Assembly: GCA_048884965.1 (NCBI GenBank)
Contig: JBHLQH010000007.1
Coordinates: 132,429-156,428 of the forward strand
From: Candidatus Thorarchaeota archaeon
Lineage (GTDB): Archaea > Asgardarchaeota > Thorarchaeia > Thorarchaeales > Thorarchaeaceae
DNA length: 24,000 nucleotides
Reading direction: 5' to 3'
Shown: in pieces, positions 16,501 through 24,000 of the stretch
How positions within the stretch are numbered: the stretch's first letter is position 1
How the letters are laid out: each line of letters starts with the position of its first letter
The notes under the pieces: model-generated
The model's input: only the letters and a program-made list of their open reading frames with translations
The model's database searches: none
What the model was told of the DNA's origin: nothing
Translations under genes and position numbers: made by a program

Positions 16501-16883
16501 TACATCACATGGTCGCGGACAAGATTCATGCCCGTGCTAGAGGCCCCGTCCAGATTCTTACCCGCCAACCTACTGAGGGTCGTGCCCGAGAAGGTGGTCT
16601 TAGGTTCGGAGAGATGGAACGTGATGTACTCATTGGACACGGAGCTGCGATACTGCTGAAAGGCAGACTACTCGACGAGTCAGACAAGAGCAACATGCTG
16701 GTCTGTGAGGAGTGTGGCCTCATTGGTGTCTATGATAGGAACAGGGACGCCTACTATTGTCCCATTTGTGGTACAGGCGCGAAGATCAGTAGCGTCGTAG
16801 TATCATACGCATTCAAACTTCTCATACAAGAAATGATGTCACTTGGCCTAGCCACTAGGCTGCGCCTCAAGGAGATGATCTAA
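13509..16883 (+). CDS. rpoB: DNA-directed RNA polymerase subunit B (unsplit, 1124 aa)
   Basis: The protein is colinear with archaeal RpoB/Rpb2 throughout (LVGQHLDSFNRF, GYFIINGSERV, PFPERNQSPRN, the SRHGQKGV block, GEMERD, and the C-terminal Zn ribbon CEECG...CPICG). The start is ATG 13509 with GGGTG upstream. The track's extension back to 13308 overlaps the tRNA and is an artefact. Confidence 0.97.
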   Translation: MSELKERQKYWPVIESYFAEKGLVGQHLDSFNRFVREELQQVVNSVGRLNPKVEGYFVDLGEITVMPPSVREADGSEHPLYPNEARIRNLTYASKLFLDMTPVRQEGSVSTRLETMRIYIGDLPIMLRSETCLLHELSDEDLIKHGEDPNDPGGYFIINGSERVLVTQEDLAPNRILIEEASKSSSYTHIGKVFSTSRGFRAPVTIERKRTGELRVSFPSVPGKIPLAILMKSLGLESDRDIAEVISDDDEIRNELIVTIEQAAPINVMKDEEDEDTTTMNNALDFIGKRVAVGQTKEYRLARAEKVLDRYLLPHIGTEENHRLPKAYYLGQMVERLLELVLSKRSQDDKDHYANKRLKLSGDLLMSLFRVALYSLTRDIKYQLERTAVRGRKPNIRTAVRADVITQRLKHALATGNWVGGKAGVSQLLDRTNFISSLSHLRRVVSPLSRSQPHFEARDLHSTHWGKICPNETPEGPNCGLVKNIAMMAYISVGTEEDAVENALYKAEVESIEKLRGKRGTKWADVFLNGRLVGVHPAPQVLAKTIRQKRRAGEIDSETNIAYYEDTNEIQVNCDAGRVRRPVIVVENGKSRLTDEHLRMVTDGEWTFTDLLRNGIVEYVDAEEEENTLIAMTPGEIGAKTTHLEIVPSTILGISAALIPFPERNQSPRNVYMAGMAKQSVGVPAANFKFRADTRSHFFHYPQVPLVKTRAMDSIGFEKRPAGQNFVVGILSFEGYNIEDALIMNKASIERGLGRSTFARVYESEERKYPGGQEDRFEIPDRSVRGYRASESYRNLGEDGIIETEVEVQGGDVLIGRTSPPRFLEEYSEFEIASPNRRETSVAVRHGEAGVVDSVILTETIDGNRLVKVKVRDLRIPELGDKYASRHGQKGVIGYIVPQQDVPFTEDGVVPDLIINPHAIPSRMTIGQILEMVAGKAGSMAGKQQDATPFCGVTENELFTIMRKHGLKHNGREVMYSGITGQKLKTDIFIGVIYYQKLHHMVADKIHARARGPVQILTRQPTEGRAREGGLRFGEMERDVLIGHGAAILLKGRLLDESDKSNMLVCEECGLIGVYDRNRDAYYCPICGTGAKISSVVVSYAFKLLIQEMMSLGLATRLRLKEMI

Positions 16884-16884
16884 G

Positions 16885-19539
16885 ATGATGGCAAGCACTA
16901 CCAAGAAGATTGACGAGATCGAATTCGGTCTCCTAAGCCCTGAAGACGTCCGAAAGATGTCTGTCGCACAGATTGTCGTGGCTGATACCTATGACGAGGA
17001 CGGCTACCCAATCGAATCAGGCATCATGGACCCACGACTAGGAGTCATAGACCCTGGTCAGCGGTGTAGGACGTGCGGGAATCGAGTGGGGAACTGCCCC
17101 GGTCACTTCGGTCATATCGAGCTTGCCCGTCCAGTCATGCATGCTGGATATGCAAAGGTCATCCACAAGGTGTTGAGAGCGATATGCAGGTCCTGCAATC
17201 AGATACTTCTCTCCGAGGAAGAGGTCGATCACTTCAAGCGACTTTTCAGGAGATATCCTGAGATAGGACAGAAGACCGCCAACCTCTCAAAGGAGATCCT
17301 TAAGCGAGCTGCCAAGGCAAAGACCTGCCCTCACTGTGAGGCAGAACAGCTCAAGCTCAAACTTGAGAAGCCTACTTCAATCTATGAGGTAAGTGATGCA
17401 GGCTCTGTCAGGCTTACTCCCATTGACATCAGAGCTCGACTTGAGAACGTCACTGACGAGGACTATGGTCTGCTCGGCATCAACGCGAACGCCGCAAGAC
17501 TGGAATGGTCTATCCTGACTGTGCTCGCTGTACCACCAGTCACAGTCCGACCATCTATCACACTAGAATCAGGTGTCCGCTCTGAGGACGATCTCTCCCA
17601 CAAACTCATTGACATCATCCGTATCAATCAACGACTACGGGAGAACCTTGAGGCAGGAGCGCCACAGCTCATCGTAGAAGACCTCTGGGAACTATTGCAA
17701 TATCACACGACAACATACTTTGACAACGGTGTGAGTGGTATCCCACCAGCTCGGCATAGGTCCGGAAGGGCACTGCGAACACTATCCCAGCGTCTGAAGG
17801 GCAAGGAAGGACGATTCCGTTCGAATCTGTCTGGAAAGCGTGTGGACTTCTCTGCACGTACCGTCATCTCTCCAGATCCCAACCTCAGCATGAACGAGGT
17901 CGGTGTGCCGGAACAGATTGCTACAATCCTTACGATACCTGAGCGTGTAACAGAATGGAACCTTGAGAAGATGAAGGACTTGGTCATCCGTGGACCTGAT
18001 AGACACCCTGGATGTAACTACCTCATCCGAACTGATGGTCGAAGAGTGGACCTACGGTTCGTCAAGGACCGTACAATCATTGCTGATACCATCGAAGCTG
18101 GTTTCGTTGTGGAACGGCACCTCGATACAGGAGATATTGTCCTATTCAACCGGCAGCCATCACTACACAGGATGTCAATTATGGCCCATGAGGTCAGAGT
18201 AATGCCCTACAGGACATTCAGGCTTGCACTCTACGTCTGCCCACCCTATAACGCAGACTTCGATGGTGATGAAATGAACCTTCACGTGCCTCAATCTGAG
18301 GAAGCCCGTGCAGAAGCACGAGTTCTCATGCGTGTACAGGAACAGATACTCTCACCACGATACGGTGGTCCAATCATTGGAGCACTCCAAGACTACATCT
18401 CATCAGCCTTTCTCCTTACCCGGAAGTCAAGCCTCTACACACTCAATCAGGTGAACCAGCTTACGGCTGTCACAGGCTTTGATGGAGAGCTTCCGCAGCC
18501 TGCGATTAAGGCTCCCATCCCACTCTGGACTGGAAAGCAGATCTTCAGCCTATTCATTCCCGATGATATCAACATCTCCTTCAAGGCGAATGTCTGTAGG
18601 AAATGTGCGAAGTGTGATTTGGAGGACTGTCCCTATGACTCATACGTGGTCGTTCGGAATGGAGAATTGATGTTTGGTGTCGTCGACGAGAAGGCCTTTG
18701 GTGCAGGCGAGCCCGACTCACTCTTCCACCGAATCATCAAGGAGCGAGGTCCCACAACTGCTAGGAAGTTCCTAGACTCCGTTGGCAGACTCCTTGTTCG
18801 TCTTATTACTGACCGAGGATTCTCGATGGGCCTGAATGATGTCACACTCCCACGTGAGGCATCTGAGCGTATCAGAGTTATTCTCGAGGAAGCAGATGCC
18901 AAGGTCAATCAATTGATCGAAACCTACAAGCGAGGGGAACTAGACCCTAACCCTGGTCAGACCCTTCTAGAAACCCTTGAGCAGAGGATACAGGCAACCC
19001 TGGCAGAGGCACGTGACTCAGCTGGTGCTGTTGCAGGAGAGCATCTTGGTCTTGAGAACTCTGCAGTTATCATGGCACAGACTGGTGCCCGAGGCTCACG
19101 ACTGAACCTATCCCAGATGGCAGCTGTCGTAGGACAGCAATCAGTCCGTGGTGGGCGTATCAGCAGAGGATACATTGGTAGGACACTTCCTCACTTTGAG
19201 CGAGGTGACCTAGGTGCCAGAGCAAGGGGATTCGTCAGTTCAAGCTACAAGAGTGGACTGGATCCCATCGAATACTGGTTCCATGCAGCTGGAGGGCGAG
19301 AAGGACTCGTTGACACTGCAGTACGAACATCCACATCAGGTTACATGCAGCGCAGGCTAATGACCGCTTTGCAGGACCTGAAGGTCGAAACTGATGGTAC
19401 AGTCAGGACATCACCAGGGACCATTGTCCAATTCAAGTTCGGTGATGATGGGGTGGACCCAAGCAAGTCCGACCATGGGCGTTCGGTGAACATAGATATT
19501 GCTATCGAGAAAGTCCTAGGAAAGGGCAGGATAAAGTAG
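16885..19539 (+). CDS. rpoA1: DNA-directed RNA polymerase subunit A'
   Basis: It has the zinc motifs CRTCGNRVGNCPGHFGH and the catalytic NADFDGDEMNLH. The ATG lies 1 nt after the rpoB stop. Confidence 0.97.
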   Translation: MMASTTKKIDEIEFGLLSPEDVRKMSVAQIVVADTYDEDGYPIESGIMDPRLGVIDPGQRCRTCGNRVGNCPGHFGHIELARPVMHAGYAKVIHKVLRAICRSCNQILLSEEEVDHFKRLFRRYPEIGQKTANLSKEILKRAAKAKTCPHCEAEQLKLKLEKPTSIYEVSDAGSVRLTPIDIRARLENVTDEDYGLLGINANAARLEWSILTVLAVPPVTVRPSITLESGVRSEDDLSHKLIDIIRINQRLRENLEAGAPQLIVEDLWELLQYHTTTYFDNGVSGIPPARHRSGRALRTLSQRLKGKEGRFRSNLSGKRVDFSARTVISPDPNLSMNEVGVPEQIATILTIPERVTEWNLEKMKDLVIRGPDRHPGCNYLIRTDGRRVDLRFVKDRTIIADTIEAGFVVERHLDTGDIVLFNRQPSLHRMSIMAHEVRVMPYRTFRLALYVCPPYNADFDGDEMNLHVPQSEEARAEARVLMRVQEQILSPRYGGPIIGALQDYISSAFLLTRKSSLYTLNQVNQLTAVTGFDGELPQPAIKAPIPLWTGKQIFSLFIPDDINISFKANVCRKCAKCDLEDCPYDSYVVVRNGELMFGVVDEKAFGAGEPDSLFHRIIKERGPTTARKFLDSVGRLLVRLITDRGFSMGLNDVTLPREASERIRVILEEADAKVNQLIETYKRGELDPNPGQTLLETLEQRIQATLAEARDSAGAVAGEHLGLENSAVIMAQTGARGSRLNLSQMAAVVGQQSVRGGRISRGYIGRTLPHFERGDLGARARGFVSSSYKSGLDPIEYWFHAAGGREGLVDTAVRTSTSGYMQRRLMTALQDLKVETDGTVRTSPGTIVQFKFGDDGVDPSKSDHGRSVNIDIAIEKVLGKGRIK

Positions 19540-20787
<1,248 letters not shown>

Positions 20788-20832
20788 ATGCTTGCTAGAG
20801 CGGAATCGTTAAAACAAAACTCCCAAAGAAGC

Positions 20833-20849
20833 AGCCCAGTTTCTGGGCT
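20833..20849 (+). other. perfect 7-bp hairpin (AGCCCAG-UUU-CUGGGCU) in the rpoA2-rpl30e spacer
   Basis: The inverted repeat can be read directly and is followed by TTATCAT. It lies in a 101-nt spacer inside an otherwise tightly packed operon. Confidence 0.4.
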
Positions 20850-20888
20850 TATCATAAGTCACAGTTGAATGAAAAAGAGGTTAGATAA

Positions 20889-21182
20889 TTGAGCCTAAAT
20901 CAGCAGATCGCTAGCGCAGTAGGCACTGGTAAGTGCAAGATTGGCGCCAAGTCCTCCATTGACGCTATCAAGAAGGGTGAGGCCAAGTTAGTCGTGGTCG
21001 CAGCCAACTGCCCAAGGGATGAACGCGATGATATCAATCGATATGCCCAGCTTGGAGGAATAAAGGTACAAGTCTTCGAAGGCACCTCATGGGACCTTGG
21101 AGAAACTGTCGGAAAACCATTCATGATCTCTGCTATTGCAGTCATTGAACCTGGCGACTCAAAGATCCTGAAGATGGGATGA
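20889..21182 (+). CDS. rpl30e: 50S ribosomal protein L30e (eL30)
   Basis: The motifs are TGKCKIGAKSSIDAIKKGEAKLVVVAANCP, the GTSWDLGETVGKPF block and AVIEPGDS. The start is TTG 20889, 7 nt after GAGGT (20877-20881). Confidence 0.9.
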   Translation: MSLNQQIASAVGTGKCKIGAKSSIDAIKKGEAKLVVVAANCPRDERDDINRYAQLGGIKVQVFEGTSWDLGETVGKPFMISAIAVIEPGDSKILKMG

Positions 21183-21628
21183 GGTCGATACGCTTGACCA
21201 ACATCAAACTATCCATGGACGAGATGCAGCTCATCGCAACCTTTGAGCGCATAACGGGGGCAGCAGCCGTCGATGTCGTCCGTGATGACCAGGGTAATAG
21301 ACTCATCTTTGTCGTACGCCAGAAGCAGCTTGGACGTGCCATCGGTAGAGGTGGCGAGAAGGTCAAGGCTGCAGCAGACGCATTTGGTAGACAGGTCGAT
21401 GTCGTCGAGATGGCCGAAACTGCCGAGGACTTTGTCAAAAGCGCCCTCGCTCCGGCACGTGTCGAGAAGATCAAGATCTCAGAGAACCGTGAAGGTAATC
21501 TCATCGCCTATGTCACCGTAAAGAAAGAGGACCGAGGTATCGCTATCGGACAGGGCGGTCGCAATGTCGCACGGGCACGAATCCTTGTGCGCCGTCACTT
21601 TGAGCTCGAGAATGTCATGATAGCATGA
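21179..21628 (+). CDS. nusA: archaeal NusA-like transcription elongation/termination factor (two KH domains)
   Basis: Two KH GxxG motifs are present (GRAIGRGGEKVK, GIAIGQGGRNVARA), and the 149 aa size fits. The ATG overlaps the rpl30e stop (ATGA). Confidence 0.9.
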   Translation: MRSIRLTNIKLSMDEMQLIATFERITGAAAVDVVRDDQGNRLIFVVRQKQLGRAIGRGGEKVKAAADAFGRQVDVVEMAETAEDFVKSALAPARVEKIKISENREGNLIAYVTVKKEDRGIAIGQGGRNVARARILVRRHFELENVMIA

Positions 21629-21649
21629 GCTTCTTTCACCACTCCTGCA
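21627..21649 (+). repeat. left copy of an imperfect direct repeat (GAGCTTCTTTCACCACTCCTGCA) flanking the inserted membrane-protein gene
   Basis: It starts inside the nusA stop codon. It matches 23336-23355 in the blocks GAGCTTCT / ACCACTC / GCA (18 identities). Confidence 0.6.
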
Positions 21650-21679
21650 TAGACTAGAGCTATTGCATGAGTGGTGGAA
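21635..21679 (+). other. long imperfect hairpin immediately after nusA (possible terminator/processing structure)
   Basis: TTCACCACTCCTGCA (21635-21649) pairs with TGCATGAGTGGTGGAA (21664-21679). This gives 14 bp with one mismatch, one bulge and a 14-nt loop. Confidence 0.45.
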
Positions 21680-21782
21680 TATTCCTCAAATTGCTCATTC
21701 TAATGCGAATATATGTCAGTTCATTCGGAAGGAATTTATCCGATAGTACGAATATTCCGAGTATCAGCAGTGGTGGGTGACA

Positions 21783-23252
21783 ATGGAAGAGGAGGTATTT
21801 ACCAACGAACAGGATGGACCGGTTTTCGACGAAGAACGCACTCAGATTTCTCGACTGCACATATCCAAGAGGGAGTTCATCATATGGATTACTTCCTGCA
21901 TTATTGCTACCATTTGGGGATATACTCAACGTTTTAGTAATTGGGGAGGACCCGACATTGCGGTTGTCATCAATTCCATGAACGTCATATCTCATGTCAT
22001 TGCATTGGGACTACCTATATTCCTTTGTGCAGGTATCTTCTTCGCACGACCACATTCACGTTCATACATGATGGATCTATCAACAGAGAAACATTCGCCT
22101 TTCTACATCATCATGCGAAGATTCTTGGAAGCGCTCTCACTGATGGTACTATTTGCATTCGTGCTCGTCTTGACGAACTTTATTGAGCCGATTGTCAAGG
22201 ATCTCACATTCAACAGAGATGTTGAGCTCATTCATTTCATACTCTTTCCTGCAGCTTTTATCGCGACTTGTGTTGTGATGGCTCTTCTTCTGGCACTAGG
22301 TGTCGGAATCATCCTTGCTGTTGACAGTATGCGATATGGTGTTCCATTAGGCTGTGCAGTGACACTTTCCTTGGCCGCTCTTGCAGGATGGAACTCCATT
22401 TTGATAGATTCTTGGCCAACTCGTCTTTTTGTCTTGATGAGTCCCCATAACATTGCGAAAGGTCTCACAGTACTACTCTCCCTTCTTTCAGGATTTCAGT
22501 TCGTTGATGAGTACCGCGAAGTAATGTATCTTGGCTTTGAAACCTCATGGCCAGCAATGAGTATCGCACTAGGTCTGTTTGGCATACTCGCTGTCCTATC
22601 TTTGAGCATTGGGTCTCAACTACTTGAAACTAACATGAAACGGTGGCCATATCTACCCAATATGATATGGGAACAAAATATCTGGGAACGGACCTCAAAA
22701 AGCGATGATACACGGACCAAGTCAAAGTTCGAGAAACAACTTCACACTCAGAAGCTTATTGCAGTGTTCACACTTATCATTATACTGCTTAGCTTCGCAT
22801 CTGGGAGTATGGTAGTGAAGAGCAACATCGAAACTGATGCTAATCTTACCTACTATGTGAGTCCTGAAGGTGGCGAGATTCTGTACATCGACAAATGGCT
22901 GATTATCCAGTTCTCTACGTATCATCCCAACGGGATTGGGATTGGTGTAGTTGTTGACTTGGACATACTGGGATTCATAGATTTTCCCAATACTTTCCAA
23001 TGGTGGCATATGTACCTAGAAATGTCTCAGAACGAATTCGTTTCACTGAACGAAGCAGAACAATTCACGCTCTGCGGCATGCCTCGGAATGAAACGGTCG
23101 ATTCCTTCAATGGGCTCCGCTCAAGTATTGATATCAGTGCTGAGAATCAGGGGGTGCGTATCTTTGTATTCAGCATAACATCCTTGGAAGATTACTACTC
23201 GAATGCAACGATTCGATATTACATTCAGGCCTTTCAAGAGGCCGATGGATAA
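21783..23252 (+). CDS. orphan polytopic membrane protein (489 aa) with a C-terminal extracytoplasmic-looking domain
   Basis: It is a long clean ORF. ATG 21783 is preceded by GGTG 7 nt upstream, whereas the track uses GTG 21777. The protein has an acidic N-terminus and about 8 hydrophobic segments. A ~140-aa hydrophilic C-terminal domain follows, with sequons NLT, NET and NAT. No family is recognised. Confidence 0.75.
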   Translation: MEEEVFTNEQDGPVFDEERTQISRLHISKREFIIWITSCIIATIWGYTQRFSNWGGPDIAVVINSMNVISHVIALGLPIFLCAGIFFARPHSRSYMMDLSTEKHSPFYIIMRRFLEALSLMVLFAFVLVLTNFIEPIVKDLTFNRDVELIHFILFPAAFIATCVVMALLLALGVGIILAVDSMRYGVPLGCAVTLSLAALAGWNSILIDSWPTRLFVLMSPHNIAKGLTVLLSLLSGFQFVDEYREVMYLGFETSWPAMSIALGLFGILAVLSLSIGSQLLETNMKRWPYLPNMIWEQNIWERTSKSDDTRTKSKFEKQLHTQKLIAVFTLIIILLSFASGSMVVKSNIETDANLTYYVSPEGGEILYIDKWLIIQFSTYHPNGIGIGVVVDLDILGFIDFPNTFQWWHMYLEMSQNEFVSLNEAEQFTLCGMPRNETVDSFNGLRSSIDISAENQGVRIFVFSITSLEDYYSNATIRYYIQAFQEADG

Positions 23253-23335
23253 AAACTCATAGTGGGCCGAATGAAACCCTATTGAACGGTCCGAGAGGAG
23301 CTAGACCGTGAGGCTTTTAAGCATACAAAAGTGGA

Positions 23336-23355
23336 GAGCTTCTAACCACTCGCAG
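23336..23355 (+). repeat. right copy of the imperfect direct repeat (GAGCTTCTAACCACTCGCAG)
   Basis: It lies 54 nt upstream of the rps12 TTG start. See the left copy at 21627-21649. Confidence 0.6.
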
Positions 23356-23409
23356 AGCGTGCCATGTCAGGTACGTTCAGCACAATTCCCCCGAAAGAGG
23401 TAACACACA

Positions 23410-23853
23410 TTGTCACCAACGAAAAGTCCACTGGGTGAGTTCGCCGCGAGGCCACTCAGCCGAAAGCGAAGGAAGTTCCGCTGGAAGAAGTCCAGCTACA
23501 AGAGCCGAACTTTGAAGCTCAAGAAGAAGACTGACCCCCTAGAGGGTGCTCCACAGGCTCGTGGCATTGTTCTAGAGAAGGTCGGTATCGAGTCCAAGCA
23601 GCCCAACTCAGCTATTCGTAAGGCTGTCAGGATGCAACTCTCAAAGAACGGTAAGCAGATTACTGCCTTCCTGCCTGGTGACGGCGCGCTCAAGTACATT
23701 GACGAGCACGATAGGGTGACAGTAGAAGGAATTGGTGGTGCTATGGGTGGTGCTATGGGCGACTTGCCTGGAGTAAGATGGAAGGTCACGAAGGTCAATG
23801 GTGTAAGCCTAGAGTCATTGATCTACGGCAAGAAGGAGAAGCCGATTAGATAG
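23410..23853 (+). CDS. rps12: 30S ribosomal protein S12 (uS12)
   Basis: The motifs are [44 protein letters not shown] and [18 protein letters not shown]. The start is TTG 23410, 8 nt after GAGGT (23397-23401). Confidence 0.95.
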   Translation: MSPTKSPLGEFAARPLSRKRRKFRWKKSSYKSRTLKLKKKTDPLEGAPQARGIVLEKVGIESKQPNSAIRKAVRMQLSKNGKQITAFLPGDGALKYIDEHDRVTVEGIGGAMGGAMGDLPGVRWKVTKVNGVSLESLIYGKKEKPIR

Positions 23854-23862
23854 GTGGTTGAC

Positions 23863-24000
23863 ATGTCAGAAGAAGAGAAAGTTACTGCTGGCGAAAGTAG
23901 AGCCGAAGAGGGACCCGTCAAGGTTCCACATGTTACCCCTGATCTATTGCTGTTTGGCAAGTGGGATTCCACCGAGGTCGAGATAAAGGACCCTGGACTG
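23863..24000 (+). CDS. rps7: 30S ribosomal protein S7 (uS7), N-terminal 46 codons only (runs off the window end)
   Basis: My translation is MSEEEKVTAGESRAEEGPVKVPHVTPDLLLFGKWDSTEVEIKDPGL. The LLFGKWD...V.I.DPGL block is the archaeal S7 N-terminal signature. GGTG lies 6 nt upstream, and the position after rps12 is canonical. Confidence 0.85.
   Translation, partial: MSEEEKVTAGESRAEEGPVKVPHVTPDLLLFGKWDSTEVEIKDPGL

Noticed and set aside
22990-23010. The FQWWHMY segment in the C-terminal domain of the orphan membrane protein resembles the WWDYG motif of AglB/STT3 oligosaccharyltransferases.
   Set aside because: The protein is about half the size of AglB and has about 8 rather than 13 TM segments. 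It lacks a recognisable first-loop acidic motif, and the motif itself is not conserved (WWHMY versus WWDYG).
23275-23283. A third copy of CTATTGAAC, shared with the rps15 leader motif, lies upstream of rps12.
   Set aside because: Only 9 nt match. Repeated 9-mers are expected by chance many times in 24 kb.
23734-23757. A perfect 12-nt tandem duplication (ggtggtgctatg x2) in rps12 encodes GGAMGGAM.
   Set aside because: I considered a slippage insertion. However, the loop GIGG-xxGGxx-GD has the same length as in other archaeal S12 proteins as I recall them, so there is no net insertion. It is probably a coincidental or gene-conversion-like repeat within a Gly-rich loop.

Overview
This is an archaeal chromosomal segment. 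The evidence is a split RNA polymerase A'/A'' with an unsplit B subunit, eS1, eL30, S15P/S13e, an Sm-like protein, KEOPS subunits, and two intron-containing tRNAs with encoded CCA. The right half (13.2-24 kb) is the classical string rpoB-rpoA1-rpoA2-rpl30e-nusA-rps12-rps7. The middle (5.3-12.9 kb) carries tRNA-Asp, an Sm-like gene, kae1-bud32, rps15, a RecJ/Cdc45-like gene, pcc1, FAU-1, UPF0147, UPF0148 and rps3ae. The left 5 kb holds accessory-looking genes: a partial unknown ORF, a FlaR/adenylate-kinase-like P-loop protein, an SDR, and a minus-strand cluster of small TM protein, DinB, double-SIS and HEAT genes. I saw no CRISPR array, transposase, integrase, toxin-antitoxin pair or recognisable defence gene, so most of the window is ordinary core information-processing DNA. 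Five things stand out. (1) A 1.78-kb insertion carries an orphan polytopic membrane protein. It splits the normally contiguous nusA-rps12 junction and is bracketed by an imperfect direct repeat. (2) A RecJ/GAN/Cdc45-family protein with degenerate catalytic motifs is translationally coupled to pcc1. (3) rpoH is absent from its usual place, where an intron-bearing tRNA-Lys now sits. (4) The tRNA-Lys intron is at a non-canonical position. (5) TTG/GTG starts behind GAGGT Shine-Dalgarno boxes recur. All family assignments come from reading motifs by eye, and no searches were run.
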